A stretch of 51,070 bases of DNA from a virus. Taxonomy: Duplodnaviria > Caudoviricetes. The notes beneath the pieces are model-generated. The model had not been told where the DNA came from. It saw nothing but the letters and a program-made list of their open reading frames with translations, and did no database searches. A program made the translations under genes and the position numbers. Of the stretch, positions 31,888-39,064 are shown piece after piece (within the stretch, counting starts at the first letter, position 1; every line of letters begins with the position of its first letter). The stretch is from IMG/VR virus record IMGVR_UViG_3300005611_000043, positions 1-51,070 of that record. One strand, written 5' to 3'.

Positions 31888-32080
31888 AAATTTTAATTTA
31901 GGTATTTGCCCCAAGTGTAATGAGTATACTCATTTTCATATTTTAAAAAGAATCAGTCAGTCCTCCAACATTATGTTATGTGAACTCTGTAAAAAAGAAG
32001 TCATGCAATACATTAACGGTAGCGTTAAGTACGAAAGTGTTGACATGAATTTTTTTGCTAGAATGGGTACGGAAGAATAA
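31877..32080 (+). CDS. Small zinc-ribbon protein
   Basis: CPKC...CELC. Confidence 0.7.
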   Translation: MKNKNFNLGICPKCNEYTHFHILKRISQSSNIMLCELCKKEVMQYINGSVKYESVDMNFFARMGTEE

Positions 32081-32139
32081 TTTAGAGCGAAAGATATCCT
32101 TAAAGGAAAAACACTTTTACGGTGAGTTGCCTTGTTTAC

Positions 32140-32352
32140 TTAAGATGCAAACAAATGATTCTCTAAATGATTTGCATCAAGGCGTTGTCGAACTTGATCT
32201 TCCAATTGAAGAGTTCTTACGATTCTCTTCACTTCTTGGCCGATTTCGTTCATTTCAGTTGTAACGTATTCGTTTTCAAACCAAAGTTCATTCCACTTTG
32301 CTTCTAAGCGCATTTTTCTCGCCACTAACTGAGACGGTGACATCATTATCAA
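32140..32352 (-). CDS. Hypothetical protein
   Basis: SD GAGGAGG upstream on minus strand; start may be a downstream Met. Confidence 0.7.
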   Translation of the reverse strand: MIMMSPSQLVARKMRLEAKWNELWFENEYVTTEMNEIGQEVKRIVRTLQLEDQVRQRLDANHLENHLFAS

Positions 32353-32530
32353 CCTCCTCTATAAACAGATAAAGTCGATCTTTTCGATACGCATCTTCTT
32401 TAAAGGTCTGCGTTTGACCAGACTTTATCAAGTTAAGAAAACGTGTCCAGGCTTCGTCTTCGGTTTCTGCTGGGACTGTACCCTTGTGATAGACACCGAG
32501 ATATCTAACATGGCATTTAAACGTTTTCAT
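32288..32530 (-). CDS. Hypothetical protein
   Basis: MKTFKCHVRY...VPAETEDEAW; TTGATT-16-TATATA just upstream. Confidence 0.65.
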   Translation of the reverse strand: MKTFKCHVRYLGVYHKGTVPAETEDEAWTRFLNLIKSGQTQTFKEDAYRKDRLYLFIEEVDNDVTVSVSGEKNALRSKVE

Positions 32531-32560
32531 AGACATTATATAGCAAAGATAAGCAAATAA

Positions 32561-32791
32561 TCAAGACTCTCTCTGTTTTGACTCAATGCACCAAAGCTCC
32601 CCTTGTGTAATTTTAAGACCATTTTTATCAAAATAAGCGCGTAATTCAAGCCCTTTTCGTTTACCTGCTGCATCGCATGCTTCTAATGATCTATAATGAA
32701 CCACAGGATCCTCCCAAAAATTAACACAGGATTCTCCCCATTGATTATTATCAAGGAAACAGATTAAACCGAATAAAGCAAATAATTTCAT
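32561..32791 (-). CDS. Small Cys-containing protein with hydrophobic N-terminus
   Basis: MKLFALFGLIC...C...SLEACD...C pattern. Confidence 0.7.
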   Translation of the reverse strand: MKLFALFGLICFLDNNQWGESCVNFWEDPVVHYRSLEACDAAGKRKGLELRAYFDKNGLKITQGELWCIESKQRES

Positions 32792-32828
32792 GTGTTCATG
32801 CTACCATTAAATTAATAATAAATATACC

Positions 32829-32856
32829 TTGACATTTTCCTATCTTATCTTATCTA
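32829..32856 (+). promoter_or_regulatory. Sigma70-like promoter
   Basis: TTGACA-16-TATCTA with three tandem TATCT units; SD AAAGGAG follows. Confidence 0.55.
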
Positions 32857-32876
32857 TACAGTAAAGGAGAAAAAAA

Positions 32877-33098
32877 ATGAAAACAGTCAAAATGAAAAAA
32901 ATACCTAAGGTTGATAACAAGATGAGTACTCAATCGGTGGTACAGCTAGTAGATTGGTTAGAGGAATTACAGAATCTAACACAAGCGATGGCAAGAAAAA
33001 TAATAGAGTTACGAGAAGACAATTCTAAACTTACTCTGATCGTAAAACAATTAGATGAAAGGATGCAAAGCTATGAGCGACCACAAACCAAACACTAA
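32877..33098 (+). CDS. Hypothetical coiled-coil protein
   Basis: SD AAAGGAG; heptad pattern. Confidence 0.7.
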   Translation: MKTVKMKKIPKVDNKMSTQSVVQLVDWLEELQNLTQAMARKIIELREDNSKLTLIVKQLDERMQSYERPQTKH

Positions 33099-33447
33099 CA
33101 TGAAAACGTTGTTGATACGTATTCAAGACTCGAAAGATGTTATTGATATGTGGGACATCGCTATTCAAGATTATTTTAATTTTGGTAAAGATCTTTTAAG
33201 TGAGTACGTACAAACGTATCCAGAGTTAAAAGAAAAATTTATGGAAAAAAGACGTATCAGTCCGATTCGTATTCGTGCTAGTGCAGACAGGCCGTGCACA
33301 ATACAATTTACGGACGGTGATTTTTTCAAACAAATCTTAGAAAAGCAAAAGACAGATCGGTTGGCTGCAAAATTAATGGAAGCAACTACACCTGATCAGA
33401 AACTTGCAGAAATTATGAGGGACCGATGGTACGACACCGTAGTATAA
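33073..33447 (+). CDS. Hypothetical protein
   Basis: ORF in tightly packed operon; start uncertain. Confidence 0.65.
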   Translation: MSDHKPNTNMKTLLIRIQDSKDVIDMWDIAIQDYFNFGKDLLSEYVQTYPELKEKFMEKRRISPIRIRASADRPCTIQFTDGDFFKQILEKQKTDRLAAKLMEATTPDQKLAEIMRDRWYDTVV

Positions 33448-33462
33448 AAGGTTATGAGGTAG

Positions 33463-33741
33463 ATGGATATTATATCGACTCTACAGGTATTACAATTATT
33501 TATAAAAACAAAAGAGGGAGAACCAAACATGTTAAACTCACGAACAAGTAATAAATTTACCATGGAGGATGTGGATGCAGCACACTCTATCAAACCATAT
33601 TTACCCAAAAAAAGATTCATTAAATTTTTTGGTTTTTTAAATTATAAATTATCCAAAGGTTGGTCAGGTCATAAAGTTGCAAAACTGATTGAACTTTGTG
33701 TTGAGGGCAACGGTGATTTATTTATGGAGAACAAGGAATAA
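33463..33741 (+). CDS. Hypothetical protein
   Basis: SD GAGG; 92 aa. Confidence 0.6.
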   Translation: MDIISTLQVLQLFIKTKEGEPNMLNSRTSNKFTMEDVDAAHSIKPYLPKKRFIKFFGFLNYKLSKGWSGHKVAKLIELCVEGNGDLFMENKE

Positions 33742-33743
33742 TT

Positions 33744-33965
33744 ATGGATATTTCACGATGGAAAAGTATTGCTATTCGAAAACCTACGCATGAAGCATTA
33801 CTTGTTTTGTGCGGGGACTATATGGGCCCTGCGAGTTACGTCGAAAAACTGGTTGATGAAGCTATTGTAAAACAAGCAAAAAAAGAGAATATTAGCGTAA
33901 TAACCTGGAAACGAAAAAACATTAAATCAAAAAAAGTTACAGCAAAAAGAAGAAAACGATCTTGA
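33744..33965 (+). CDS. Possible ribbon-helix-helix DNA-binding protein
   Basis: MDISRWKSIAI..THEAL...YVEKLV pattern. Confidence 0.55.
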   Translation: MDISRWKSIAIRKPTHEALLVLCGDYMGPASYVEKLVDEAIVKQAKKENISVITWKRKNIKSKKVTAKRRKRS

Positions 33966-34070
33966 CAGGGGTTGGATAAACCACTATTTGTCTAATTGGT
34001 GCTTAATCGACGTATCATTTTTTGATTCGTGCTTCCCCTTTATATCCCTTGATTAGGCACCGTTTTCTGT
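33962..34070 (+). ncRNA. Candidate small RNA with own promoter and terminal hairpin
   Basis: TTGACA-17-TATTTG; 13-bp stem 33998-34010/34049-34061 with G-U pairs, followed by a T-rich run. Confidence 0.4.
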
Positions 34071-34083
34071 TATTTCTGTTTAT

Positions 34084-34404
34084 GTGTTTAAACTGGAGCT
34101 AGACGAGAGCGAAATCATTTCGCCAGAGAGAAAATTATGGCGCGCCGTATTATCCTTGGCGTTTATTGATGCCTTGTGTCAAAATGAAAGTAAGGTCACT
34201 TCCGTATTAAAATCAAAAGCGCATCGTTGGTTTTTATATGGGGGTAGGGACTTTGATGATGTATGTCACCTAGCTGGTTTCACAGGTCCTTTTGTCAGAC
34301 GTAAATACGAAAAATTAATGAAAGAACGAGCTATCAAGTTCAGTGATAAACAGTCTAAATTAATATTTAAATATTGGGCTGATCTTGAAAAAAGAAAAAA
34401 ATAG
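34084..34404 (+). CDS. Conserved phage protein
   Basis: ERKLWRAVL...DA...AHRWF...DFDDVCHLAG pattern. Confidence 0.7.
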   Translation: MFKLELDESEIISPERKLWRAVLSLAFIDALCQNESKVTSVLKSKAHRWFLYGGRDFDDVCHLAGFTGPFVRRKYEKLMKERAIKFSDKQSKLIFKYWADLEKRKK

Positions 34405-34417
34405 ATTATATTATATT

Positions 34418-34478
34418 GCGGGTGCACAATTGGGTGGCCCACTAATCTTGCTTAACAATAACTAAGGAGGTTTATATG
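34418..34478 (+). promoter_or_regulatory. ROSE-like RNA thermometer in hsp20 5' UTR
   Basis: UCUUGCUUA (34446-34454) pairs with SD UAAGGAGG (34463-34470) with a bulged G; an upstream hairpin is also present. Confidence 0.7.
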
Positions 34479-34898
34479 ACAGGTTTAGATATAATTAACA
34501 AAATCCAAAAAGACATGTGGAACAAATCCAATGCATTGTTTGGTGATTCGTTTGACGAAATGTTCATGAATCTATCCAAAGTGCAATCATTCCCTTTTTA
34601 CAACGTAGTCAAATACGGTAAAGGAGAATACGGAATTGAACTAGGTCTTGCTGGTTTCAATAAGAAAAACATCAAAGTGGAGTACAAAGACGGTGTATTA
34701 ACGGTTGCGGGTCAAGTTGATGACCAGGAGAAGGAATACATTGAAAAAGGCTTAGCTGCGAGAAAATTTTTTAAACAATTTTCACTACGCAACGATGTTT
34801 TGGTAGACGAAGCGAAAATGGAAGATGGTGTATTAACGATTAAATTAGGCGTTAATGAACCAGAAGACATAAAAGCTCAAGAAATCAAAGTAAAATAA
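34476..34898 (+). CDS. hsp20: Small heat-shock protein Hsp20 (IbpA-like)
   Basis: FPFYNV, LAGF, DGVLTV, KGLAARKF, MEDGVLTI. Confidence 0.93.
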   Translation: MTGLDIINKIQKDMWNKSNALFGDSFDEMFMNLSKVQSFPFYNVVKYGKGEYGIELGLAGFNKKNIKVEYKDGVLTVAGQVDDQEKEYIEKGLAARKFFKQFSLRNDVLVDEAKMEDGVLTIKLGVNEPEDIKAQEIKVK

Positions 34899-35013
34899 TC
34901 ATGTGGCCCTACACAAAAGAAGAGCTTGAATTTATTAATAAAAAATAATTTTACCAAGCTATCACTTATCTCTTTCTTGGGTTAGCATTCTTGCCTAACC
35001 CAAGGAGGACGAC

Positions 35014-35175
35014 ATGGCAAAAAAGAAAAAAGAAGAAACTATCGAGGAAGTTTTAGATAGAATCGAAGAAGATCTACAAAAAGTTAGAGATAAGGTCTGG
35101 GAAATGGAACCAGCTGATCAAGACGATGAGGACGAAGAGTTTGAGGACGAGGACGAAGAAGAGGACGATAATTAG
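35014..35175 (+). CDS. 53-aa protein with basic N-terminus and highly acidic tail (not in ORF track)
   Basis: SD AAGGAGG; MAKKKKEETIEEVLDRIEEDLQKVRDKVWEMEPADQDDEDEEFEDEDEEEDDN*. Confidence 0.8.
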   Translation: MAKKKKEETIEEVLDRIEEDLQKVRDKVWEMEPADQDDEDEEFEDEDEEEDDN

Positions 35176-35449
35176 TTAAAAAGCGAAAATTAGGGGTTCT
35201 ACGGCCTTGTAAAGTAGCTTTTACGATGGATATGAAGTAATGTTTGCGATAGCCCAGGGAAAGAACACAAGATGTATCTACCCTGGGCTACCGAATCGAA
35301 CCAAAACATAAGTTTTGTGTACCAAACCACAGTGTTCAGTACAGTATTTTTACCCTTAAATAGATATCATACCATTGACTTTTTGCAATATATAATTACA
35401 TTCAATCATGTGTAGAACATACTAGTCATATGTTACTGCTCTTTTTGTT

Positions 35450-35505
35450 CCTCCTGCAAAGTTCCTTTTTTTGTTTTCATATCTTTGCAGGGGGTTTTAA
35501 TTTTT
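35450..35505 (+). terminator. Stem-loop followed by T-tract
   Basis: CCTCCTGCAAAG...CTTTGCAGGGGG then TTTTAATTTTT. Confidence 0.5.
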
Positions 35506-35563
35506 CGTATCTACTAAGATATATTTACCTAAAAGTATATTTTCAAAAAAATATCTTAAAACA

Positions 35564-35653
35564 AGTGTACTAGTGTACTTTTGATCTATTATTGTTATAT
35601 ACCAACGATTATAGCTGTACACTAGTAGTGTACTAGTAGTGTACCTAGTGTAC
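35564..35653. repeat. AGTGTAC iteron-like repeat cluster
   Basis: Direct copies at 35564, 35572, 35627, 35638, 35647; inverted copy at 35617. Confidence 0.8.
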
Positions 35654-35758
35654 CATATTGGCATATGTTCTTACTGACCAGACTACCTAAATCTGGTAAA
35701 GTATGTTACTTACTTAAAAATATCTTATTAGGTTGCGAAAATTCAAAAAGGAGATGAA

Positions 35759-35896
35759 ATGAAAAAAGAGTGCAGCATTTGTAAAAAAGAATTTGAAACT
35801 GAAAACGAACACCAAACTATTTGTAGTGATGCTTGTAAACAAGAGGCGTTAGCTAATTTAGATCGTGGTTCAGATGAGTGTTTATCATGTCAGTAG
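35759..35896 (+). CDS. 45-aa Cys-rich mini-protein (not in ORF track)
   Basis: SD AAGGAG; MKKECSICKKEF...ICSDACKQEALANLDRGSDECLSCQ*. Confidence 0.75.
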   Translation: MKKECSICKKEFETENEHQTICSDACKQEALANLDRGSDECLSCQ

Positions 35897-36138
35897 TTCC
35901 ATTAGGTAAATTACTTGTTAAAAGACTTGTTAAATTAAGTTTTAATAAAGTTGTTCCTGGAGCAAGTAAGGAAGCAACGAAACGTGCTGTAAAAACAAAT
36001 TTAACTAATCTTGCAAATAGATACGAAGCCAAAGCGTCTAAAGCTTATCTTGAAAATAAACCTAAACGAGATACTGCTATGTTACAGATGGCAGACAAAA
36101 TTACGAAAGACATAAAAACTTTATTTGGAAAAAAATAA
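35887..36138 (+). CDS. Hypothetical basic protein
   Basis: ATG overlaps the upstream gene end; TAATG coupling to terS. Confidence 0.6.
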   Translation: MSVVPLGKLLVKRLVKLSFNKVVPGASKEATKRAVKTNLTNLANRYEAKASKAYLENKPKRDTAMLQMADKITKDIKTLFGKK

Positions 36139-36656
36139 TGACATATCTTCTAAAAGGTAGGACCAAACAACGTGAGTTAAAATCATTTTCTGATTTAACT
36201 CCGAAAGAAAAAAAGTTTGCCGAACTTTATGTTGAACATTGGGGCCAGATGAAGAAACAAGATATTGCTGTTCTTGCTGGATATCCCGAAACGTCAGCTG
36301 GTAATAGAGCTTCAAGACTAACTAACGCAGATCGTTCACCTCATGTAGTTAAGTACATAGAATTTTTATACAACAAAGAAAAAAGAAAATACAAAGACGA
36401 TTTACATCATTTTAAAAATTATGACCGTTTAATTAAAGGTGCAGAGAGCAAAGGACAGTTTGCTGCTGCTATCAATGCTGAATATCACAAAGGTCAAGCT
36501 GCAGGTTTTTATGAAAAAAATATTAATATAAAAACAACAAACCTGGAGGGCATGACTCGTGATGAACTTGAGAAAAGGCTTGGGGAGCTTGAAAAGAAAA
36601 TCTCCACCAACCAACCCATCATCGAAGCTACAGTCATTGAGACAAAGAGCTCTTAA
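36138..36656 (+). CDS. terS: Terminase small subunit
   Basis: LTPKEKKFAELYV...AVLAGY...ASRL...PHVVKYI helix-turn-helix, AAINAE..GQAAGFY. Confidence 0.8.
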   Translation: MTYLLKGRTKQRELKSFSDLTPKEKKFAELYVEHWGQMKKQDIAVLAGYPETSAGNRASRLTNADRSPHVVKYIEFLYNKEKRKYKDDLHHFKNYDRLIKGAESKGQFAAAINAEYHKGQAAGFYEKNINIKTTNLEGMTRDELEKRLGELEKKISTNQPIIEATVIETKSS

Positions 36657-36748
36657 AATAGCTAAGACTGATTTTTGGACTGCTTTCCATATGGTTCATG
36701 GAACTAAAGAAGCTAAAATATCTTGTGGTATCGTTAGCGTGAAAACAG

Positions 36749-37207
36749 ATGAAAAAGATTAAAGTTGGATATTCAGATGTCAGAATTGAGTACGTTAGTG
36801 AATCCGATGATTCGAAATGGTGCAAAGAACATCATGGTGAATTTATTTCAGAATTCAGTTTAATTAAAATTGCAAAAAAACAACGTCCAAGTGAAGAGCT
36901 TAACACGTTAATGCATGAAGTTTTGCATGCTTTAGTCTACATTTATGGTCTAAACAATGATGCGGGACCCTTGAAAAAAACCCAAGTTGAAGAACAAGTT
37001 GTTGCTGTTATGGCCAGTGGCTTGCAACAAATTATTCGTGACAATCCATCCTTCTTGGCATATATTTCGAAGCAGATAGGAGCCGATAAAATTGCCAATC
37101 AAACCAGAGAGAAAACTGTACTTGGACTTAAGAAAGTCGCTAGAAAAACACAGGAAAAACGTACACATCGTAAGGATAGAAAACCTCGTAGGTCAGGGCG
37201 TTCCTGA
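36749..37207 (+). CDS. HEXXH zinc metallopeptidase-like protein
   Basis: TLMHEVLHA...EEQVV. Confidence 0.7.
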   Translation: MKKIKVGYSDVRIEYVSESDDSKWCKEHHGEFISEFSLIKIAKKQRPSEELNTLMHEVLHALVYIYGLNNDAGPLKKTQVEEQVVAVMASGLQQIIRDNPSFLAYISKQIGADKIANQTREKTVLGLKKVARKTQEKRTHRKDRKPRRSGRS

Positions 37208-37565
37208 TACTCACATCACCTATTTTGGTACATCTTTTTGGCTCGAACTTAAAGTTTCTGATGCCAAAAAACCACCGCTTTCGAAGTACCAAATCGCTTG
37301 GCATATGCAGCATGCAGACGCTGGAGGACACAGTTGGATCTTGCAAACAACACAGAAGCACCAACGTATGAAACTTTACGTAGGTTCTGGGGTGCGCAAT
37401 ATTCCCGCTTGGGTTCCCGTTATGGAACTTCCCGTTCCCGCTTCCCGTTCCCACCAGGGAAAGAGGCCTTCCCGTTCCCGTTCTGGAAAGTCGGTCTTCG
37501 AGGAGCTGTTCGATTTCATTAGGGAGCGACAGAACAAATATTTGATTCCGCATAACGCTGATTAA
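37092..37565 (+). CDS. Holliday junction resolvase / VRR-NUC-like nuclease
   Basis: RIEN..GQGVPD, FWLELKV, LSKYQIAWH; C-terminus overlaps the TTCCCG repeats. Confidence 0.8.
   Translation: MPIKPERKLYLDLRKSLEKHRKNVHIVRIENLVGQGVPDTHITYFGTSFWLELKVSDAKKPPLSKYQIAWHMQHADAGGHSWILQTTQKHQRMKLYVGSGVRNIPAWVPVMELPVPASRSHQGKRPSRSRSGKSVFEELFDFIRERQNKYLIPHNAD
37402..37480 (+). repeat. TTCCCG repeat element copy 1
   Basis: 7 TTCCCG plus 1 TTCCCA in ~80 bp. Confidence 0.9.
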
Positions 37566-37589
37566 ATTTTTTTTATTTTTTTTTCTATT

Positions 37590-37623
37590 TCGCCTTTTTG
37601 TTGCCACAATTTTTTCCTAAAAG
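37590..37623 (+). promoter_or_regulatory. Cassette promoter 1 (direct-repeat box plus -10)
   Basis: TCGCCTT-TTTG-TTGCCAC-N10-TAAAAG, with an upstream AT tract. Confidence 0.65.
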
Positions 37624-37657
37624 GTAATTACAAATTAACAACAAAGAAGGAGTAACA

Positions 37658-37903
37658 ATGATTGATGATAAACAAAGACTGGAAAGTTATAGAGCAGCAT
37701 TGGTTGAAGCGATTGTAACAATTGATCGTAAGACTTATGGAAAGTGGAACAAGGATTGGTCCAGACTAAGAAGGATTGTTGATTTGGTCCTTAATCATGA
37801 CCGACCTATTGAACGAGCTATCTATGTTGCTGAGGAAGAAGTGAAAGAGCACCAAGCATGGTTTGATAAAGTTAAACAATTTGAAAACAAGGAGGCAGTG
37901 TAG
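37658..37903 (+). CDS. Hypothetical early-cassette protein
   Basis: SD AAGGAG; 81 aa. Confidence 0.75.
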   Translation: MIDDKQRLESYRAALVEAIVTIDRKTYGKWNKDWSRLRRIVDLVLNHDRPIERAIYVAEEEVKEHQAWFDKVKQFENKEAV

Positions 37904-37961
37904 TTCCCGCTTCGGGTTTCCCGCGGACTTCCCGCGGGACTTCCCGTTGTTACTTCCCGTT
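37904..37961 (+). repeat. TTCCCG repeat element copy 2
   Basis: Five TTCCCG starting at the base after the stop codon; hairpin TCCCGCGG-ACTTC-CCGCGGGA. Confidence 0.9.
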
Positions 37962-37964
37962 ATT

Positions 37965-38105
37965 ATGAATAAGAAAAAATTAAAAAAAATTTATAAAGAT
38001 TATCAAAAATATTATGCAACAACTATGGGTTGGAAAATGAAAGAGACTTTTAAGGAATGGTTACAAAGATTAAAAGATATAAACAGTCCTTTAATCTTGC
38101 CTTAA
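37965..38105 (+). CDS. Small hypothetical protein (46 aa)
   Basis: MNKKKLKKIYKDYQKYY...TFKEWL; no SD visible. Confidence 0.45.
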   Translation: MNKKKLKKIYKDYQKYYATTMGWKMKETFKEWLQRLKDINSPLILP

Positions 38106-38130
38106 TGTTGCCATAATTTGTTGTTACTTG
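38097..38130 (+). promoter_or_regulatory. Cassette promoter 2
   Basis: TTGCCTT-AATG-TTGCCAT-N10-TACTTG with TGn extension. Confidence 0.7.
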
Positions 38131-38158
38131 TTGGCTTTAACAAAAGGAGTAAAATAAA

Positions 38159-38350
38159 ATGGAAAATAAACCAACACACTTTGCTGTAAACGATATTACT
38201 TTTTACGGCATGGACGAAAATAACGACATAGTAGTAGATGAGAACGGAGAAGAAGTAACTTATCAATTTAAAGAAGGGGTAAGATACAAACCATTAGAAT
38301 ATTTTTGCGAAGGTATAGAAAAAGATATTTTAGAGGAGGTAAAAAAATGA
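38159..38350 (+). CDS. Hypothetical acidic early-cassette protein
   Basis: SD AAAAGGAG; 63 aa. Confidence 0.75.
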   Translation: MENKPTHFAVNDITFYGMDENNDIVVDENGEEVTYQFKEGVRYKPLEYFCEGIEKDILEEVKK

Positions 38351-38685
38351 ACCACGAAGAAAAAATATTTGCAAAGCATCTTCCTGACTTTGTAAGTAAA
38401 AAAATTGAATTAAAGGAAGCGTCTAAACAATTCAAAGAAGCGTTAGATAAAATCGCAAAAGAGTTTGGGCATGATCCGAAGTGGGAGACGTTTTTAACTG
38501 ATTACAAAAAATATGGCGGTAACTTCGAGGGCGATATGGTTTGCTATGAAGCGTGCCCTATTTATGATTGGGGCGTTGCCTATTCTTTAGGCGCATATCC
38601 TAAAAGTTACAACTGGCAAAAAAACCCGCAAGACTGGTATTTAGAATGTCATTATGGGTTTGATGTAATATTTACAAAACAATAA
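38347..38685 (+). CDS. Hypothetical early-cassette protein
   Basis: SD GAGGAGG, ATGA overlap; YEACPIYDWG...WYLECHYGFDVIF. Confidence 0.75.
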   Translation: MNHEEKIFAKHLPDFVSKKIELKEASKQFKEALDKIAKEFGHDPKWETFLTDYKKYGGNFEGDMVCYEACPIYDWGVAYSLGAYPKSYNWQKNPQDWYLECHYGFDVIFTKQ

Positions 38686-38728
38686 TTCCCGCTATAGCCC
38701 TCGCGAATTCCCGCGAGGGCTTCCCGTT
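38686..38728 (+). repeat. TTCCCG repeat element copy 3
   Basis: Three TTCCCG directly after the stop; hairpin AGCCCTCGCG-AATTCC-CGCGAGGGCT. Confidence 0.9.
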
Positions 38729-38822
38729 CATGTTATTTAAAATATTTATTATTCTTCTAGTGTTAAGTGCCTTACTGGTTGCGGGTTACTTTGATGATTA
38801 TTAATTTAAAAAAAAATTATTA

Positions 38823-38856
38823 TTGCCTTAATTTGAACACAATATTTTTTTATACA
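38823..38856 (+). promoter_or_regulatory. Cassette promoter 3
   Basis: TTGCCTT-AATT-TGAACAC-N10-TATACA. Confidence 0.7.
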
Positions 38857-38879
38857 TAGAAAAAAACAAAGGAGTAAAA

Positions 38880-39059
38880 ATGAAAAAATATCTAGTTATG
38901 GTTTCTGACCACGTTGCTAGGCAAGTTGTTGTTGAAGCAAAGACCGAAAAGGAAGCTCTTGAAAAAGCTGACTACGGTGACTGGCTATTGCCTGAAGACG
39001 TTGAGCATGAAGAGGTGGTAGGACGTATGGCCATAGAAATTTTAGAGGAAAGGGGGTAA
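38880..39059 (+). CDS. 59-aa protein, DpnD/PcfM-like pattern (not in ORF track)
   Basis: SD AAAGGAG; MKKYLVMV...VVVEAKTEKEALEKA. Confidence 0.8.
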   Translation: MKKYLVMVSDHVARQVVVEAKTEKEALEKADYGDWLLPEDVEHEEVVGRMAIEILEERG

Positions 39060-39064
39060 AAAAC

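Noticed and set aside
33962-35760. tRNA genes in the hairpin-rich intergenic regions
   Set aside because: No cloverleaf with T-loop GTTCRA and D-loop consensus found by eye
37140-37607. Minus-strand 155-aa ORF and + strand ORF 37298-37522
   Set aside because: Shadows of the resolvase gene; kept open by the stop-free GC-rich repeats
37863-37964. N-terminal extension of the 37863-38105 ORF
   Set aside because: Merely translates the repeat element (FPADFPRDFP); only the part from ATG 37965 is plausible
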